Shown here in pieces: positions 34,427-36,480 of a DNA stretch of 36,480 nt. Under the pieces are notes generated by a model. The model was not told where the DNA came from. It did no database searches and saw only the letters and a program-made list of their open reading frames with translations. The stretch covers positions 1 to 36,480 of the forward strand of contig JAZOMJ010000065.1 in assembly GCA_045653865.1 (NCBI GenBank), in the 5' to 3' direction. The stretch comes from Eubacteriales bacterium (GTDB lineage: Bacteria > Bacillota > Clostridia > Oscillospirales > CAG-272). How positions within the stretch are numbered: position 1 is the first letter of the stretch; every line of letters starts with the position of its first letter. Both the position numbers and the translations under genes were made by a program.

Positions 34427-35773
34427 TCACTTTCTTGTGACAATGTTGCCATAGAGGTCGTATTCTACAACGTCGCGCACCTTTACGCGAACAAACGAAC
34501 CGGGGGCAATACGCTGCTCACTGCGGAAGTAAACCTTGCCGTCAATTTCGGGAGCATCGGCAGAGCTACGTCCAAAGTGAACCTCGGCAACGGGGTCGAA
34601 GTCCTCGCAAAGAACGTCAACAATTTTGCCAATCTTCTCTTTGTTGAGTTCCTCGTTGATATCCATTTGCATACGCATCAGAATGTCCATTCTATCCTGC
34701 TTTACCTGCTCGTCGATTTGGTCGGGGAAATCGTATGCAGGGGTATCTTCCTCACGGGAGTAGGTAAACACGCCTGCGTGGTCGAATTTCGCCTCTTTGA
34801 CAAACTCGCAGAGTTCCTCAAAGTCTTCCTCGGTCTCGCCCGGGAAACCAACGATAAAGGTGGTACGAATGATGATTTCGGGGATTTCGCGACGGAGCTT
34901 TGCAACCACCTCGCGTACGGTTTTGCCGTCACCGTGGCGGTTCATGGCAGAGAGCATATGGTCGCTGATGTGTTGCAGGGGCAGATCGATGTATTTGAGA
35001 ATGCGAGGATTGTCGCGCATTTCAGCTACAAGCTCGTCGGTAATCTTATCGGGGTAGCAATACAGAATGCGAATCCACGGGATGGTGGTCGCTTCGGTGA
35101 TTTTGTGAAGCAGTTCCGCAAGTGCGTATTTGCCGTAGAGGTCGAGACCGTAGCGCGTGGTATCTTGTGCTACAATGGTGAGTTCACGCACGCCAAGAGA
35201 TTCGAGTTGCTTTGCTTCCTCGATGATATCTTCCATAGGTCTGGAGCGGAACTTGCCGCGAATGGCAGGAATGGCGCAATAGTTGCAACGGTTGTCGCAT
35301 CCCTCTGCAATTTTGAGGTATGCCGCATACTCGGGAGTGGTGAGCACGCGCTCACCGCCAAGACGGACGGTGTTGCAATCCTCGTGCGAGAAATACTTTT
35401 GCTTGGAGCCTTTCTTCTTTTTGGTGGTAACCGCCTCGATGGCTTCGACGATGTTGTGAATGCTACCAACGCCAAGAACGGCATCTACCTCGGGGAGCTC
35501 CTTGAAAATCTCCTCGCCGTAGCGTTCTGCAAGGCAACCTGTTACAATAATTGCTTTGAGCTTGCGATGCTTTTTGAGCCACGCGACGTCGAGAATATTA
35601 TCGATTGCTTCTTGCTTTGCACTTTCAATAAACGCGCAGGTGTTGACAATGATAACGTCCGCCTCGATATCCTCGGGGGTGATTTCATAGCCCGCCTGCA
35701 GCACCTCGTGCAGCATCACCTCGGTATCAAGTTGGTTTTTGGGGCAACCGAGCGATACAAATCCAATTTTCAT
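34427..35773 (-). CDS. rimO: Ribosomal protein uS12 methylthiotransferase
   Basis: SLGCPKN, NTCAFIESA, GCLAERY, EGCDNRCNYCAIP, D.PLQH, DAPEIDG, TRAM domain. Confidence 0.95.
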   Translation of the reverse strand: MKIGFVSLGCPKNQLDTEVMLHEVLQAGYEITPEDIEADVIIVNTCAFIESAKQEAIDNILDVAWLKKHRKLKAIIVTGCLAERYGEEIFKELPEVDAVLGVGSIHNIVEAIEAVTTKKKKGSKQKYFSHEDCNTVRLGGERVLTTPEYAAYLKIAEGCDNRCNYCAIPAIRGKFRSRPMEDIIEEAKQLESLGVRELTIVAQDTTRYGLDLYGKYALAELLHKITEATTIPWIRILYCYPDKITDELVAEMRDNPRILKYIDLPLQHISDHMLSAMNRHGDGKTVREVVAKLRREIPEIIIRTTFIVGFPGETEEDFEELCEFVKEAKFDHAGVFTYSREEDTPAYDFPDQIDEQVKQDRMDILMRMQMDINEELNKEKIGKIVDVLCEDFDPVAEVHFGRSSADAPEIDGKVYFRSEQRIAPGSFVRVKVRDVVEYDLYGNIVTRK

Positions 35774-35811
35774 ATGTTTCTTCCTTTGTGTTCTGAAATT
35801 TCTTCCCTATT

Positions 35812-35918
35812 ATTTTATCATATCCGCCGCCTTTTTACAAGACCTTTGCAAAAATTTTAGCCCTTTGGCAAAGAAAACGCAAAAAAGGCTTGCTTTTTTT
35901 CTTGAAAAATGATATGAT
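35812..35918. promoter_or_regulatory. Divergent promoters for rimO (-) and the isomerase gene (+)
   Basis: Minus strand TTGTAA(35840-35835)-17-TG-a-TAAAAT(35817-35812); plus strand TTGCTT(35890-35895)-17-TG-a-TATGAT(35913-35918). Confidence 0.6.
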
Positions 35919-35966
35919 ATAAACAGATAGAATGCCTATTTTACTCTCTTATAGGAGGACACATCT

Positions 35967-36480
35967 ATGCAAAAGAAGTACATTCCCGGCATCAACATTT
36001 TAGGCGGTGCCGCATATACCGTTCCCGAACAGTTGCAAATGCTAAAGCGCGTTGGTTGGGGCGGATTTTTTACCGGTTGGGACAAGACCCAAACAAAAGA
36101 CTGGGCGCTTGCCGCTGACCGTCTCGGTCTCATTTATCAGTCCATTCACTCTCCTTTTCGCGGTGTGCGCCATATGTGGTTTGCCGGTGACGAGGGCAAG
36201 AAAGTAACCGACGAGTTGATTGATTGTGTAAAGGATTGTCACGACAATCACATTCCCGTGATGGTTATTCATCCCTTTATCGGGTTTGAGGATCACGATC
36301 CCACCGAAATCGGTCTTGAAAACTACGCGCGCGTGGTTGACGTTGCCGATCGCCTTGGCGTTCGCCTCGGCTTTGAAAACGTAGAGGGTGAAGAATACCT
36401 CGCCGCTCTGATGGAGCGTTTTTGGGATTCTCCTGCCTGCGGTTTCTGTCTTGACACCGGCCACGAGCAATGCTACAACG
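35967..36480 (+). CDS. Sugar phosphate isomerase/epimerase (xylose isomerase-like TIM barrel), 3'-truncated
   Basis: RBS AGGAGG, ATG 35967; MQKKYIPG..QSIHSPF..VMVIHP..LGFENVE..GFCLDTGHEQCYN, open to the window end. Confidence 0.85.
   Translation, partial: MQKKYIPGINILGGAAYTVPEQLQMLKRVGWGGFFTGWDKTQTKDWALAADRLGLIYQSIHSPFRGVRHMWFAGDEGKKVTDELIDCVKDCHDNHIPVMVIHPFIGFEDHDPTEIGLENYARVVDVADRLGVRLGFENVEGEEYLAALMERFWDSPACGFCLDTGHEQCYN

Overview
A mostly housekeeping chromosomal window from a Clostridia-like (Bacillota) anaerobe, inferred from sigmaA-type promoters, a T-box, a SAM-I riboswitch and gene content. Gene order: 3' end of a BspA-type LRR gene; SAM-I-controlled metK; recD2-comF-mbl/mreB; pepD; HAD-tldD-pmbA-DUF1576-polysaccharide deacetylase; PflX-like radical SAM; mntP-mscS; heterodimeric ABC exporter-pncC(cinA-C); HTH-TPR regulator; aspartokinase; a T-box-led acyl-CoA ligase-iorA-iorB-paaK-ACT operon continuing into SGNH (DUF4886-like), aldose epimerase and Asp-box lipoprotein genes; pgsA-rimO; start of a TIM-barrel isomerase. 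No transposase, integrase, phage gene, rRNA, tRNA or CRISPR array was seen. Three signals stand out. (1) A probable Tyr (UAC) T-box controls the CoA ligase/IOR operon, implying aromatic amino acid biosynthesis by reductive carboxylation of aryl acids. (2) A covarying hairpin repeat occurs five times, always 4-14 nt after a stop codon and always in the same orientation relative to that gene. (3) A ~110-120 nt multi-stem element is attached to two of those hairpins and looks like an unannotated structured RNA or small mobile element. Three further inverted-dimer intergenic repeats are present. All calls come from reading the sequence by eye; no searches were run.
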